Source of the DNA: Neoechinorhynchus agilis | Lineage: Eukaryota; Animalia; Acanthocephala | Direction: 5' to 3' | DNA length: 64,000 nt | NCBI GenBank assembly: GCA_051530055.1 | Contig: CM121342.1 | Span: 7,448,691-7,512,690 of the forward strand | In this document: positions 22,575-34,759 of the stretch, one piece after another | Layout of the letters: each line of letters begins with the position of its first letter | Position numbering within the stretch: position 1 is the first letter of the stretch | Translations under genes and position numbers: made by a program | Notes under the pieces: model-generated | Told to the model about the DNA's origin: nothing | Database searches by the model: none | What the model saw: the letters and a program-made list of their open reading frames with translations, nothing else

Positions 22575-24251
22575 ATGCTTTTTCCACAAAGTCCATATTT
22601 TGTACGTTTTCAAAACGATGATAAATTAGGACTACATCGAAGGTACGCAAGATTCTAATAAAATCGATGTTTTAAATATAAACTTAGTTATGGAATTGAT
22701 CTCTTTTGGTGCATTTTATGCTTTAATGCATTATTGGTAAATGGCGCGGCACGCTTCCCAAATTCAAGAAAAAATGCTTCTACGAGCAACAACGTATCTT
22801 TTATCACGACAACAACATCTTCGGTTATGCCATCAACAATCCTAAGTTCCACAATGGGAAGTACATCCACTGAGAAGACCACAACAATATCCACTAGCCC
22901 GTCAACATCTGATAGCACCACAGAGTCAACAATCGAGAGCACCACAGAGTCAACAACTGGGAGCACAACCGATAACACAACCGAAAGCACCTCCGAGAGA
23001 CCCACCGAATCAACAACCGAGAGAATTTCAGAGTCAGCCACCGAGAGTACCACCGAGTCGAAAACCGCTAGCACAACCGAGAACATAACCGAAAGCTCCT
23101 CCGAGAGACCCACCGAATCAACAACAGAGAGAACTACAGAGCCAACAGTCGAGAGTACCACCGAGTCAACAACTGGGAACACAACAACCGAGAGTACCAC
23201 AGAGTCAACAACCGAAAGCACCAATGAATCAACAACCGAGAGTACCACCGAGTCAACAACCGAGAGTACCACCGAGTCAGAAACTGGGAGCACAACCGAG
23301 AACACAGCCGAAAGCACCACCGAGAGACCCACCGAATCAACAACCGAGAGAATTTCAGAGTCAGCCACCGAGAGTACCACCGAGTCGAAAACCGCTAGCA
23401 CAACCGAGAACATAACCGAAAGCTCCTCCGAGAGACCCACCGAATCAACAACAGAGAGAACTACAGAGCCAACAGTCGAGAGTACCACCGAGTCAACAAC
23501 TGGGAACACAACAACCGAGAGTACCACAGAGTCAACAACCGAAAGCACCAATGAATCAACAACCGAGAGTACCACCGAGTCAACAACCGAGAGTACCACC
23601 GAGTCAGAAACTGGGAGCACAACCGAGAACACAGCCGAAAGCACCACCGAGAGACCCACCGAATCAACAACCGAGAGAATTTCAGAGTCAGCCACCGAGA
23701 GTACCACCGAGTCGAAAACCGCTAGCACAACCGAGAACATAACCGAAAGCTCCTCCGAGAGACCCACCGAATCAACAACAGAGAGAACTACAGAGCCAAC
23801 AGTCGAGAGTACCACCGAGTCAACAACTGGGAACACAACAACCGAGAGTACCACAGAGTCAACAACCGAAAGCACCACCGAATCAACAACCGAGAGCATC
23901 ACAGAGTCAACAACCGAGAGTACCACCGAATCAACAACCGAGAGCACTACAGAGTCAACCACTGAGAGTACCACTGAGAGTACCACCGAGTCAGCAACCG
24001 AGAGCACCACAGAACCTGCTAAGATATGTCTGTGTGGAAAAGATCACGAACCCAATTACGAGAATAATTGCAAGTCGTTCTTTTTTTGCAAAGCAAACCC
24101 GATTACTGAATTGTACTGCCCTGCTGGCCTTCGATTCGATTTTGATAAGCAAGTATGTGATCGACCATCGAATGTTGATTGCTCTGTGAAGTGTACACCG
24201 GTTTCTTCTTTATTATGGACCTTGAATCTGGAGGAAGATACATTGAAATGA
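22575..24251 (+). CDS. Mucin-like peritrophin: T/S/E stalk plus C-terminal CBM14 chitin-binding domain (exons 22575-22642, 22688-24251)
   Basis: 45-bp GT-AG intron 22643-22687, frame conserved in paralogs; ESTT repeats with 327-bp internal units; CGKDH..CKSFFFC..YCPAG.RFD...VCD...VDC six-Cys pattern. Confidence 0.9.
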
Positions 24252-24429
24252 TGTGCAATTGATTTGCAAGGTTGAATAATTGGCTGGACATTCCGAATTA
24301 ATGAAACATGAAATGTATTGCAATGTAAATTTATAATATGCTAGTTAATTACCGCTGAGCGGTTTTGCAAGGGTTTTAAAATTAAAATGGTTGTAAAAAC
24401 GGGATTGACACGACTTTATCAACGAACAA

Positions 24430-25290
24430 AGTATTTCGCATTTTGGCTATTTTGAAGGCAACGTTGATAAAAAAAGCTGAGTTGCTATTTGTGGTCTTTG
24501 GTGAAATGGAAAAAATCAGTAGTAGATTACGATCGATTGTTCATGAATCTAAAAATTTGATAAAGGAGAAACTTTTGCTTTGTTCCCTGTTCCATCGTGT
24601 TGGCCATTTCAATATGTGTATATCGACTCTTTTTATAAGTCGATAGTATTTCCGATTTTCGGTACAGAGGACGTTTGTCTTGTCGTATGATTTAGAATAG
24701 TAAAGGCGTAGTATCGCCACATCGTACAGCGTTCTTGTGTTCACGGAGACTAGTTTCTTTGAACAGCTCAATATTTCACCCACGTAGGCCATCTCGCAGT
24801 CGTTGCAGGGAATGCGGTATACCACATCAGAACTCGTTCTTTTGCAGAGGGTTTCTTTTAAAGATACGCTCGTGATAGTCGTGGTCCTCTTGTGATCTAG
24901 GCGAACGGGGATTTTGAATTTCCGAGGGTCCTGCGTATCAGATTAGAGCGAAAATCATCAATGAATTCAGATTGGATGAATACCACTGTTTGGTTTTCAA
25001 TGGGTCGACTGGATCGCAAATACCGCTCCTTATTATAAACCTGCCGTTTCGCCCAATCCGGATTGTCCCTTATTTTCAACATGATCTTAATATCATCGAT
25101 TTCACGGTTTCTTTCATTATAAATATTACAGATTTTCATGGCTTTCCGGAATAAAGACTGCTTATTTTTAAGGCTTGAGGAGAGTTGATCTTCCATGATG
25201 TGCTTTGCCAACAGATTACAGGTTTTCGGTATATGGAAGTGTTTAAACCACGACCTGTTCTCTTCACATAAACGTCTTCTTTTCACTTAC
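24430..25290 (-). mobile_element. Penelope-like 3' fragment (thumb, linker, GIY-YIG)
   Basis: SLFRKAMKICN..EIDDIKIML; MVYRIPCNDCEMAYVGEI. Confidence 0.8.
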
Positions 25291-25299
25291 GCTTTTTCT

Positions 25300-25715
25300 C
25301 TCTTTCGAGAGGTCGCGGGTCTTAATATGGCATCTATTCGGTGATACATATTGCGTCAAATTTAACTCCGATCTTGATTTACACAATCCATCCCACGCTT
25401 CTTCGGTCTCTCTCGGCGCCGCCTTCCCAATATCTCGACCCCCTCTATGCTACGTAGTACATGTCCTCTCTCGCTATTCATATCCTTATTGAACCATCGC
25501 AATCTTCTTTGAGCTTTCATTTCAATGCATCGATGAATCCTCCCTAACATCCCTCTAATATCTTTGTTTCTTTTCATATCCTTGAGTGTGAAGCTAGCTG
25601 CCCATCTCAGCATCCGCATTTCATTCGACTCTAATCAATTGAGGTCGTCTTTCCTGGTCGTCTACGTCTCTGCGGCGTACAACATTGCTGGTTTCACTAC
25701 GTTGATGATGTGTCA
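25300..25715 (-). mobile_element. RTE (BovB-like) 3' fragment
   Basis: EMRMLRWAASFTLKDMKRNKDIR..RLRWF..VLRSIEG..RRRERPKKRGMDCV. Confidence 0.8.
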
Positions 25716-27890
25716 GTTGAGCATGAGTGACTCGTTGTTCCGTAAGCCTCAGCATCCTCCAAGTCCGTTCTATGGCGCCCTCGCTAATGAGGAGAAGAGG
25801 AAGGAGTTCGATATCGAACTAGAGAATCAACCGAGCTCGATGCCAGCTGCTGAAACGGATATTGATTTTTATTACAAGTCAATCTGCGACGCAGTGACCG
25901 AAGCGGCCGAGAAAACCCTCCGAAAAATAAGGCATATAAAAGCTGCAAAGGTTATATGGCAGGAGGACTGTGAATTTATGGCAATGGCTGAGCAGATCAA
26001 AACTCTAAGAAAAAGAGGAAAACGATCTCAGGCTCGCATTGCAAGTCTTGAACTTGCCAACCTCTATAATAAAAGGCAAAAGGCCTAGATAGAGGATGCA
26101 GCTCGCGGGATCGCACAAAAGGAAGATTTTGTTCGTACCTCCTTAGCATGGAGAGCGATAAACACCCTCAAAGGAAGATTGCAAAGACAGCCAACTTTGA
26201 TTGAAGGTCCCTCCCCGGAAATCAGAAAAAAGAGAATCGCAAATTATTTTGCGGAAATTTTCAATTCGCCATTATTGTCTTTGGAAGTGAGTCCTGCACT
26301 TCCAAAATTCACAATCGTCCCAAGCACTGAGGCATACTTCACTGGACCGATTTGCGTGAAGGAAGCGATCGCCGCGGCGAAAATGATGCGTGCGGAACGT
26401 GCATCAGGCCCAGATGGGATAATGGCAGAGGTACTGAGATTTGAATCCATTTCCAGAAAAATCATACCGATAATGAATGGCATAATGAATGGTGGCTCAG
26501 TACCTCAAATCTGACAAATGGCGCATTTAACAATGATCCCCAAGAAATGCTGCTTGACAAAGGTGGAGGACTACAAAGGTATATCCTTGATGTCCAACAC
26601 GGCAAAACTTTTCAGCAGCATTTTGAGACGCCGAATTCAGCCAATCCTCAAACCGTTTCTAAGAATTGAACGGCCGAGGCACCATAGAGCACATATTGGC
26701 TTTGAGGAGGATCCTCGAGGAGGCACGAATTCATCAAACGGATGTGACGCTGGTATTTGTTGATTTCCGTCGAGCTTTCGATTCGGTAAATCGAGCGATG
26801 ATTGGCGGTATCATAAAGGAGTATGGAGTGTCGCCGATCATTGTCACATCCGTTATGGCATTATATAAAAACACTAGGTCCGCCGTAAAGACAGCTGACG
26901 GTTTGACAGAATACTTTTCCACCACTTCAGGTGTTCTGCAGGACGACACATTGGCTCCTTTCCTCTTCATCTTGGTGCTTGATTGGGCAATGAGATGGGC
27001 ACTACCGAATGATGAAGATGGATTTCTTCTGTTGAGGAAAAGAGGTCGCAGGTATCCTGAGATACGCGCCTCCTACATGGCATATGCCGATGACATCGTA
27101 TTGATGTCCTCAACGGTCGAAGGAGCTCAACGCATGCTAAATAGACTGTGCGAGAGGGCGAGTATGATTGGTCTGACCATCAACTCGAAAATAACGCAAT
27201 TCTTGACGATTCCGCATGTCGCGCATACAGTCTCTGGCGAAGGGCCGAATGGCGTTGGGCAATTAAAACAGATAGAGCGGAATGTCTATCTGGAAGCTGT
27301 CGTTCCTGAGGTGAGTGCGGATGTCAGCCGACGGAGAGCTATAACTTGAAGAGCAATGGGGCAACTTAAACCACTGTTTGACAGTGAGTCTTTGCCAGAT
27401 GAACTCCGTTCGCAGCTGTTCAGGGCTCGAATTGAGAGCATTCTCTACTACAATGCAGAGACCTGGACACTGTCACCAGCGGCGACGAGGCAGTTGGACC
27501 AAAATCATTAATCTCTCTTACGTGCGGCGTTCAAGGTCAGATGGTCAGATAAAGTGACCAACAAAGCACTGTATAAGAGAGCCGGAGTCCAACTGCCCAG
27601 TGAATACTTGCGCCGCAGACGACTGCACTTCACGGGCAATATAATTCAGTCCGAGGCATCTTGCCCACAGGTCGTGCAACATTTCCTTTTGTGAAAACCA
27701 ACGACATTGTATCGTAAAGGCAAAGGGAACTGTCGTACATACGATGACCTGATTTTACGAGACGCGAATTGCCCGCATAACAGGACTGCTGTCGTGTATT
27801 TTAGATCCCTTGCGGAGTCTAATTCTATTTGACGGGCTTATACCTACGGTGTAACGTAGGAAAGTACCGTTGCATACAATACAATACACC
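25715..27890 (+). mobile_element. 5'-truncated RTE-clade non-LTR retrotransposon with RT
   Basis: ASGPDGIMAE, IPKK..YKGISL, FVDFRRAFDSV, GVLQDDTLAPFLF, YADDIVL; 3' end in short (tacaa)n repeats at about 27872-27887. Confidence 0.92.
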
Positions 27891-28250
27891 ACTACTCCGT
27901 CAATTTGATCATAAATTTCTTCGTTGATTTGAAAGGCATTCTTAGAGGTGTACCATGTGATGAGCTCGATCCACTCGATCCTCGTGAGACAAGGAGAGGT
28001 GTGTCTTTCAGTTAGAAGGTTCGATGCCATTTATGTCTAATTGGTAAATAAAGAATTGACATCAGAAGTCAGGAATCTATGCTCAGATCGATTATTCCTC
28101 CTGATTTCAGTAGCGAATGAAGGTCTATCTTTTATGTAGGAACGATTCTTATCACGACATTTTCGGATCCATTGGTTGATCTTCTTTGCTATGTTGTGTC
28201 AAAATGAAGTGGAACTAGCGAAAAACGGTCTCAGAGTCAGCACAGATTTG
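27890..28250 (-). mobile_element. Penelope-like RT fragment
   Basis: FLTSDVNSLFTN and NAFQINEEIYDQIDGV. Confidence 0.7.
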
Positions 28251-28840
28251 TGGATTTTTGGCAAAGTGTATAGAAAATCTGGGAATGCAAAAGCAAAGCA
28301 AATCTTAGAATATTGAAATTGATATGCAATGATTTTAGAATATCGCTTTAAACTTATACTTATGACCGTGAACTAAAGTGCGGGGCATTGTTAGTAAAGC
28401 ATTCCGCTGAGATTTTTACGTTCAAATTACCATTTGACATGCGCTTTTGCTGGACAATTTTGGGCTTTGTTGTCTCGACTTAACCTTCGTAAACTATATT
28501 TTACTCTAAAATTTCATAAAATCTGACATTTGTCACGAATACCAAAAAAAGGTTTCAAAATCCAAGATCGTGAACTACGAAACTGCCACTTTCATTCCGG
28601 CTACACACAAACATGGTCCTAGTTTCGGGATTCTGGACGAAAAGCCAGACGATGACTAATAATGATTGTTTCTTAGAGTAGCTATTTACAACGTTCCTCC
28701 CGGGATTTCTACTTTAACTTGAAGATGAAAACTAAAGTGAATCAGCAAGGAGCTCTTACACAGTGAGTTCATCTTAATCATTTTCTTTGATAATCCTACA
28801 AAGCGAAAGGATCGACAAACTTTTTGTCAGGCAGCACGAA

Positions 28841-29764
28841 ATGCTTTTTCCACAAAGTCCATATTTTGTACGTTTTCAAAACGATGATAAATTAGGACTA
28901 CATCGAAGGTACGCAAGATTCTAATAAAATCGATGTTTTAAATATAAACTTAGTTATGGAATTGATCTCTTTTGGTGCATTTTATGCTTTAATGCATTAT
29001 TGGTAAATGGCGCGGCACGCTTCCCAAATTCAAGAAAAAATGCTTCTACGAGCAACAACGTATCTTTTATCACGACCACAACATCTTCGGTTATGCCATC
29101 AACAATCCTAAGTTCCACAATGGGAAGTACATCCACTGAGAAGACCACAACAATATCCACTAGACAGTCAACATCTGATAGCACCACAGAGTCAACAATC
29201 GAGAGCACCACAGAGTCAACAACTGGGAGCACAACCGAGAACACAACCGAAAGCACCTCCGAGAGACCCATCGAATCAACAACAGAGAGAATTACAAAGT
29301 CAGCCACCGAGAGTACCACCGAGTCAACAACTGGGAGCACAACAACCGAGAGTGCCACAGAGTCAACAAGCGAAAGCACCACAGAATCAACAACCGAGAG
29401 CATCACAGAGTCAACAACCGAGAGTACCACCGAGTCAACAACTGGGAGCACAACAACCGAGAGTACCACAGAGTCAACAACCGAAAGCACCACAAGAAGA
29501 AGAATGAAACGCATGACAAAGTCAACAACCAAGCGCCCCACAGAGCTAATAACAACAGAAAACACCACCGATTCAACAACTACGAGGCCCAGAAGACGAG
29601 GAATGAAACGCAGACCAAAGTTACCAACCACGCGTCCAACAAGTTCGATCGCTGACTTAGCTCCGATGTTAGCAGTTGGGGCTATTGGGCTATTACTTCA
29701 TACGGGCAGAAAGTTTGTGGGTTTAACTCTAAAACCTAGGAAGTGGCTTAAACCGGGTATTTGA
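28841..29764 (+). CDS. Mucin paralog with a basic/hydrophobic C-terminus instead of CBM14 (exons 28841-28908, 28954-29764)
   Basis: Same exon 1, 45-bp intron and N-terminus as 22575; after the ESTT stalk come RRRMKRM, RPRRRGMKRRPK and LAPMLAVGAIGLLLH. Confidence 0.8.
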
Positions 29765-30134
29765 GCGAGTTAAATTCTGGATTTGATACTATCCTTTAGG
29801 CGGGCTTTTTTGGGGCGTGATTAAGCAAATCGCCTTGAACGAGGGTGTAAATGTAAAATCGCAAATCAACCGGATAAGATTATGCGAATGTGCAAGAATT
29901 TCGACGCAAAAGAGATTGAAGGTTTGTGAGAGGGAAAGAACAATGAAAAAAATGCATTTTCGTTCAACCTTTAGCCGGAATGAAATTTCGTTTGAGGGCA
30001 AGGAAACATTGAAGAAAGCAGGGTCAATGAATTAATATAAATGTTATTTTTATCAGCAATTTGTTTGTCTTTTCATCTTCAAGAAATAAAAACTTCACCA
30101 GTTTGTGGACAAACGCCTTAACGATTATAAATGT

Positions 30135-30407
30135 TTATTGGAATTCAGTAGGGGTCCTAGTTGACTTTTCCGATAGCCTCTTAACCAAGAACATGGATGA
30201 GTCGAGAAATCGATCAACGCAGTTCTTTAAACACGATTCGTTCTTGCCTGATAATCGATTTGGAAATGCTGCATTGTTAGAAAAGCAAGTTTCAATGCAA
30301 AGGTCAGAGAGATTTTGAATTGCTTGTTTAAAACGTTGCCGTGTTGTTTCTTCCTCAATCATTGCTGCCAAATCGCTATCGATTGATTGGGATCCATTAG
30401 ACGACAT
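30135..30407 (-). CDS. TIMM8: Mitochondrial small Tim chaperone, Tim8/DDP1-like
   Basis: 90 aa; twin CX3C (CIETC, CLKNC), then VDRFLDSSMFLVKRL. Confidence 0.92.
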   Translation of the reverse strand: MSSNGSQSIDSDLAAMIEEETTRQRFKQAIQNLSDLCIETCFSNNAAFPNRLSGKNESCLKNCVDRFLDSSMFLVKRLSEKSTRTPTEFQ

Positions 30408-30496
30408 TTTTATCCCACATCGAGTGTGAGAAATTCTTCCTAAAAAGTGCTAAGAAATCCGAAAGAATCATGAATGTGGTAGCTCATGACGAAACG

Positions 30497-30506
30497 ATGA
30501 CGTCAT
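30497..30506. promoter_or_regulatory. Perfect CRE/ATF palindrome ATGACGTCAT about 90 bp upstream of TIM8
   Basis: Exact TGACGTCA in a CpG-richer patch between divergently oriented genes. Confidence 0.4.
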
Positions 30507-30693
30507 AACGAAGGGCGTTGACTTCGCGCCCGACGCATTTTTTTACCAATTCTCGATTTTTCAGTCGTGTTCCATAATTCGCATGTTGAAATATCGACAA
30601 CATCGCGAGAAAATCTTAATTCAACAGAATACTTTCAGAAATTATTCATTATAGTTTCAGTTTCTATTAGCGATGTTTGATTCAGAGATAGAT

Positions 30694-30890
30694 TTGGAAT
30701 TATTGTTTAGAAGTCTACATCCGCGGTAAATGATTATTTCGATTAAAGACTTTTCGAACATCGTCGGGTTCATCATCAGTCCGTTTGCAATTTTTTTAAC
30801 TGTCAATACGTTGAAGAAAAAAACTTGCAAAGAAACTGATGATGAACCAGACGAGGTTCGAAACGTCTTTAATCGAAATAATCATTTTCC
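30694..30890. mobile_element. Palindromic MITE-like element, right arm truncated
   Basis: ggtaaatgattatttcgattaaagac..ttcatcatcagt is mirrored by actgatgatgaacc..tttaatcgaaataatcattttcc; related to 54668-54886. Confidence 0.8.
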
Positions 30891-31114
30891 GTTTATGATT
30901 CTGCAGTTAGCACATATTTATAATTTCATCAAAAATATTTTCGCTTCAATGTTGAACCTCAATCATAGTCAATTTTAAATAACTTCGAGATAGAAGTGAA
31001 GGTTAGAAAGCTGTTTTTCGCAAGTGTTTACGACGACTGAACGGAGAACGCCAACGAAAAGGCCGAAAATTTTGAAGATAAATCTATTTCTGAATCAAAC
31101 ATCGCTGATTGAAA

Positions 31115-32890
31115 CTGAGAATATTTTCTATCCGGGATTTTGATAACCAAACTACCAACTCCAGCATTCCGAAGGATTTTCTCTGGATGAATAATCGAAA
31201 TTTTAAGATAAATCGGAAACATTGTTTTAATAACAAAGTTTAATCATCCAGAGAAAATCTTAATTCAATAGAATATTTTCAATCTGGGATTTTGATAATT
31301 AAAATGCCAACTCTGGCATTCCGAAGAATTTTTGTCTCGATTAGTAATCGAAATGTTATGATAAATCGGAAACATTGTTTTAATAACAAACTTTAATCAC
31401 CGCAAGAAAATTTTAAAATCAATAGAATATTTTCTATCTGGGATTTTTATAACCAAACTGCCAACTTTGGCATTCCGAAGGATTTTGCCTCAGTGAATAA
31501 TCGAAGTGTTATGATAAATCGGAAACATTGTTTTAATAACAAAGTTTAATCACCGCGAGAAAATCTTAATTCAATAGAATATTTTCAATCTGGGATTTTG
31601 ATAATTAAAATGCCAACTCTGGCATTCCGAAGAATTTTTGTCTCGATTAGTAATCGAAATGTTATGATAAATCGGAAACATTGTTTTAATAACAAACTTT
31701 AATCACCGCAAGAAAATTTTAAAATCAATAGAATATTTTCTATCTGGGATTTTTATAACCAAACTGCCAACTTTGGCATTCCGAAGGATTTTGCCTCGGT
31801 GAATAATCGAAATGTTATGATAAATCGGAAACATTGTTTTAATAACAAATTTAATCACCGCATTTTAAATCAATAGAATATTTTCTTGGTTTTTTGCTCT
31901 ATATAATTTGATAAATCGACTTGTTTTAATAACAAAGTTTAATCACCGCGAGAAAATCTTAATTCAATAGAATATTTTCAATCTGGGATTTTGATAATTA
32001 AAATGCCAACTCTGGCATTCCGAAGAATTTTTGTCTCGATTAGTAATCGAAATGTTATGATAAATCGGAAACATTGTTTTAATAACAAACTTTAATCACC
32101 GCAAAATTTTTTTAAAATCAATAGAATATTTTCCATCTGAGATTTTTATAACCAAAATGCCAACTTTGGCATTCCGAAGGATTTTGTCTCGATTAGTAAT
32201 CAAAATGTTGATAAATCGGAAACATTGTTTTAATAACAAAGTTTAATCATCCAGAGAAAATCTTAATTCAATAGAATATTTTCAATCTGGGATTTTGATA
32301 ATTAAAATGCCAACTCTGGCATTCCGAAGAATTTTTGTCCCGATTAGTAATCGAAATGTTATGATAAATCGGAAACATTGTTTTAATAACAAACTTTAAT
32401 CACCGCAAAATTTTTTTAAAATCAATAGAATATTTTCCATCTGAGATTTTTATAACCAAAATGCCAACTTTGGCATTCCGAAGGATTTTGTCTCGATTAG
32501 TAATCAAAATGTTGTGATAAATCGGAAACATTGTTTCAATAACAAAGTTTAATCATCCAGAGAAAATCTTAATTCAATAGAATATTTTCAATCTGGGATT
32601 TTGATAATTAAAATGCCAACTCTGGCATTCCGAAGAATTTTTGTCCCGATTAGTAATCGAAATGTTATGATAAATCGGAAACATTGTTTTAACAACAAAG
32701 TTTAATCCTCATATTTTCTATCTGAGATTTTTATAACCAAAATGCCAACTTTGGCATTCCGAAGGATTTTGTCTCGATTAGTAATCGAAATGTTATGATA
32801 AATCGGAAACATTGTTTTAATAACAAAGTTTAATCATCGCGAGAAAATATTAATTCAATAGAATATTTTCTATCTGGGATTTTTATAACC
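31115..32890. repeat. Satellite with about 152-bp monomers arranged as an A/B dimer (about 304 bp)
   Basis: gataaatcggaaacattgttttaataac recurs; variants aatcttaattc..actctggc..gaagaattt and tttaaaatc..actttggc..gaaggattt alternate. Confidence 0.95.
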
Positions 32891-32973
32891 ATATCACCAT
32901 TTACAAGGTTTATCCCTTTACTTGAGCTTCCTTAAACAGTTTTTCTTAATTTCTAAACTCACTATAAATAAAG

Positions 32974-34759
32974 ATGAAACTAATTTCGGGACTTCGTCAA
33001 TCAATCATCCTCGAAGCCTTGAATATCTCCAGGAATGACGCTCCATTTACTCACGTAAAAGTAGAACTTGGCCGTTTATCGGACGGATTATTCTATCTTG
33101 CAAAAGACAACAGTCTTATCGTTATTGATAATGATCTCAAAATTAAACGGAACCGGCAATTCTATCACAAAATCAGTTTCCTAAGATGTATACAACTAGA
33201 TGATGACGATCAAACTTCTCTACTGATTGTTGCAACGGACAATTGCAATCTTTTTGTCTTTGACAATGTGAGAATCATGTGCACATTCGGGTTTATTTCA
33301 TTTTTATAAATTATAGCAAGCAGAAAAGCAAATCACTATGTCTTGGGTAATTGAATTGATGAATTGAGTTTCTATCGATTATCCCGGATTCAAGATTTTA
33401 TTCGCTGATCCGTCTATTTCTGCACAATATCGAGTAGCTAATCTCTCAGCGAATGACAGTCGTGTTGGTTTGTTCTGAGGTTGCTTTCATTGTGAACTCA
33501 TATTTTAGGTCATATCAATCTTGATGGCTCCAATTACGACTGACAATGGCCCATTTATTTTGAGAATTTATTTAGATGAACATGGCGATGTGAGGTCGAC
33601 GAATTCACCCGTCGAAATTTTCTTACTTCCATTGCGTTCAAAATCTCATGAAGTCGTTTCAGGATGTCCTTTGAAAGGTAAAAACACGTTCGGCGTGTCG
33701 AGATTTTTGAGAAAGATTAGACTTCTTTTCCGCCATTATTTTCGACTCCCAAGCTTGACTTTTTCGTTTTGGTCGATTCTAATCTTAGAAGAAAGTTTAG
33801 CTAACTCTCGGCAGCCAAAAAGAATAAATTTCAAAAACGAAATCATTTCCTATTGTCTCAAATCCATCAAACAGTTTGACTCAAGAAATTTTACTTTTTC
33901 TTTTTAATACTCTTAGAAAAAGTTTAGCGCGTATCGGTATGTTAAACTTTAAATCTCTAAGAGCTCAAAAATAACGATTTATTTCGTTTTAAATAAAAGC
34001 TCGAAATTGAAAGATACTCTTAATTTCGAAAAAATTCAGACATGGAGATGACAACTTTTGATATGATGGTCGAGAGCAATTCGACTCGGTATTACGGCGA
34101 TCCAGTGATTCGAAGATGTGTATTGATTGGACGAGATCCTGGTCTTTCCGTTTATACTAGTTTTCAGGTGCGAATCTTTATTTTTCAATCAACAGCTTTA
34201 AATGTTCAATTACTTACCAGAATAGGCGAGTGCAAGGTCTGATCAGTTCTATAGCATCCTACAAAACAGCATCGAAATATATTCAAAAGGTCGAAAAACA
34301 GCATTTTATCTCGTGAGGACATGTTCGGAACTTTTAAGGCCAAGGTAAGTCGTTTGTAGTGTTAGGTTTTTTTATCTTAAAGACAAATTCAGTTATTGGT
34401 TTCAATCATGCCCAGAACAGAAAGTGATTTGTATTGCCAGCGATAATGATTCGCTTTTGGCTCTAAACGATACCCACGGTCGAATATTTATTTTCGATCA
34501 CCAACGAAACGTGATTGTTCGATTGCTTAAGGGTTACAGAGAAGTTGGATTGGTCTGGGAAAACTCACTGTTGCATATATATGCACCACTGAAAAACTTA
34601 ATTGAAGTATGAAAAAATTGACGTCGATTTAAATCCACGAATTCATAGGTGTGGCCAATTAGTGAACAACTAGCAAGGTTAAAAGTATTTAAGCTTAATC
34701 AAATTAATCGAGGTCACTTGCTTAAATCTTTGGACGGTGAAGTTCTCATTGTGATTTGA
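32974..34759 (+). CDS. RAB3GAP2: Rab3 GTPase-activating protein non-catalytic subunit, N-terminal domain only; multi-exon, possibly disrupted
   Basis: TTFDMM..VLIGRDP; ICIASDNDSLLALNDTHGRIFIFD..IVRLLKGYREVGLVW..LHIYAP..IEVW, matching the recalled RAB3GAP2 pattern D..GR....D...IRMWKGYR.A...W..IYAP.RG.LEVW. In-frame TGA at 33365 in my exon model. Confidence 0.7.

Noticed and set aside
23134-23742. Repeated short ORFs (MLIRWVSRW.., MNQQPRVPPS..)
   Set aside because: Alternative frames of the 327-bp mucin repeat.
22688-24010. 440-aa VVLSVVDS ORF on the minus strand (also 20720-21343, 28954-29631, 49734-50210)
   Set aside because: Antisense shadow of ESTT mucin repeats; the sense strand carries the exon structure and CBM14.
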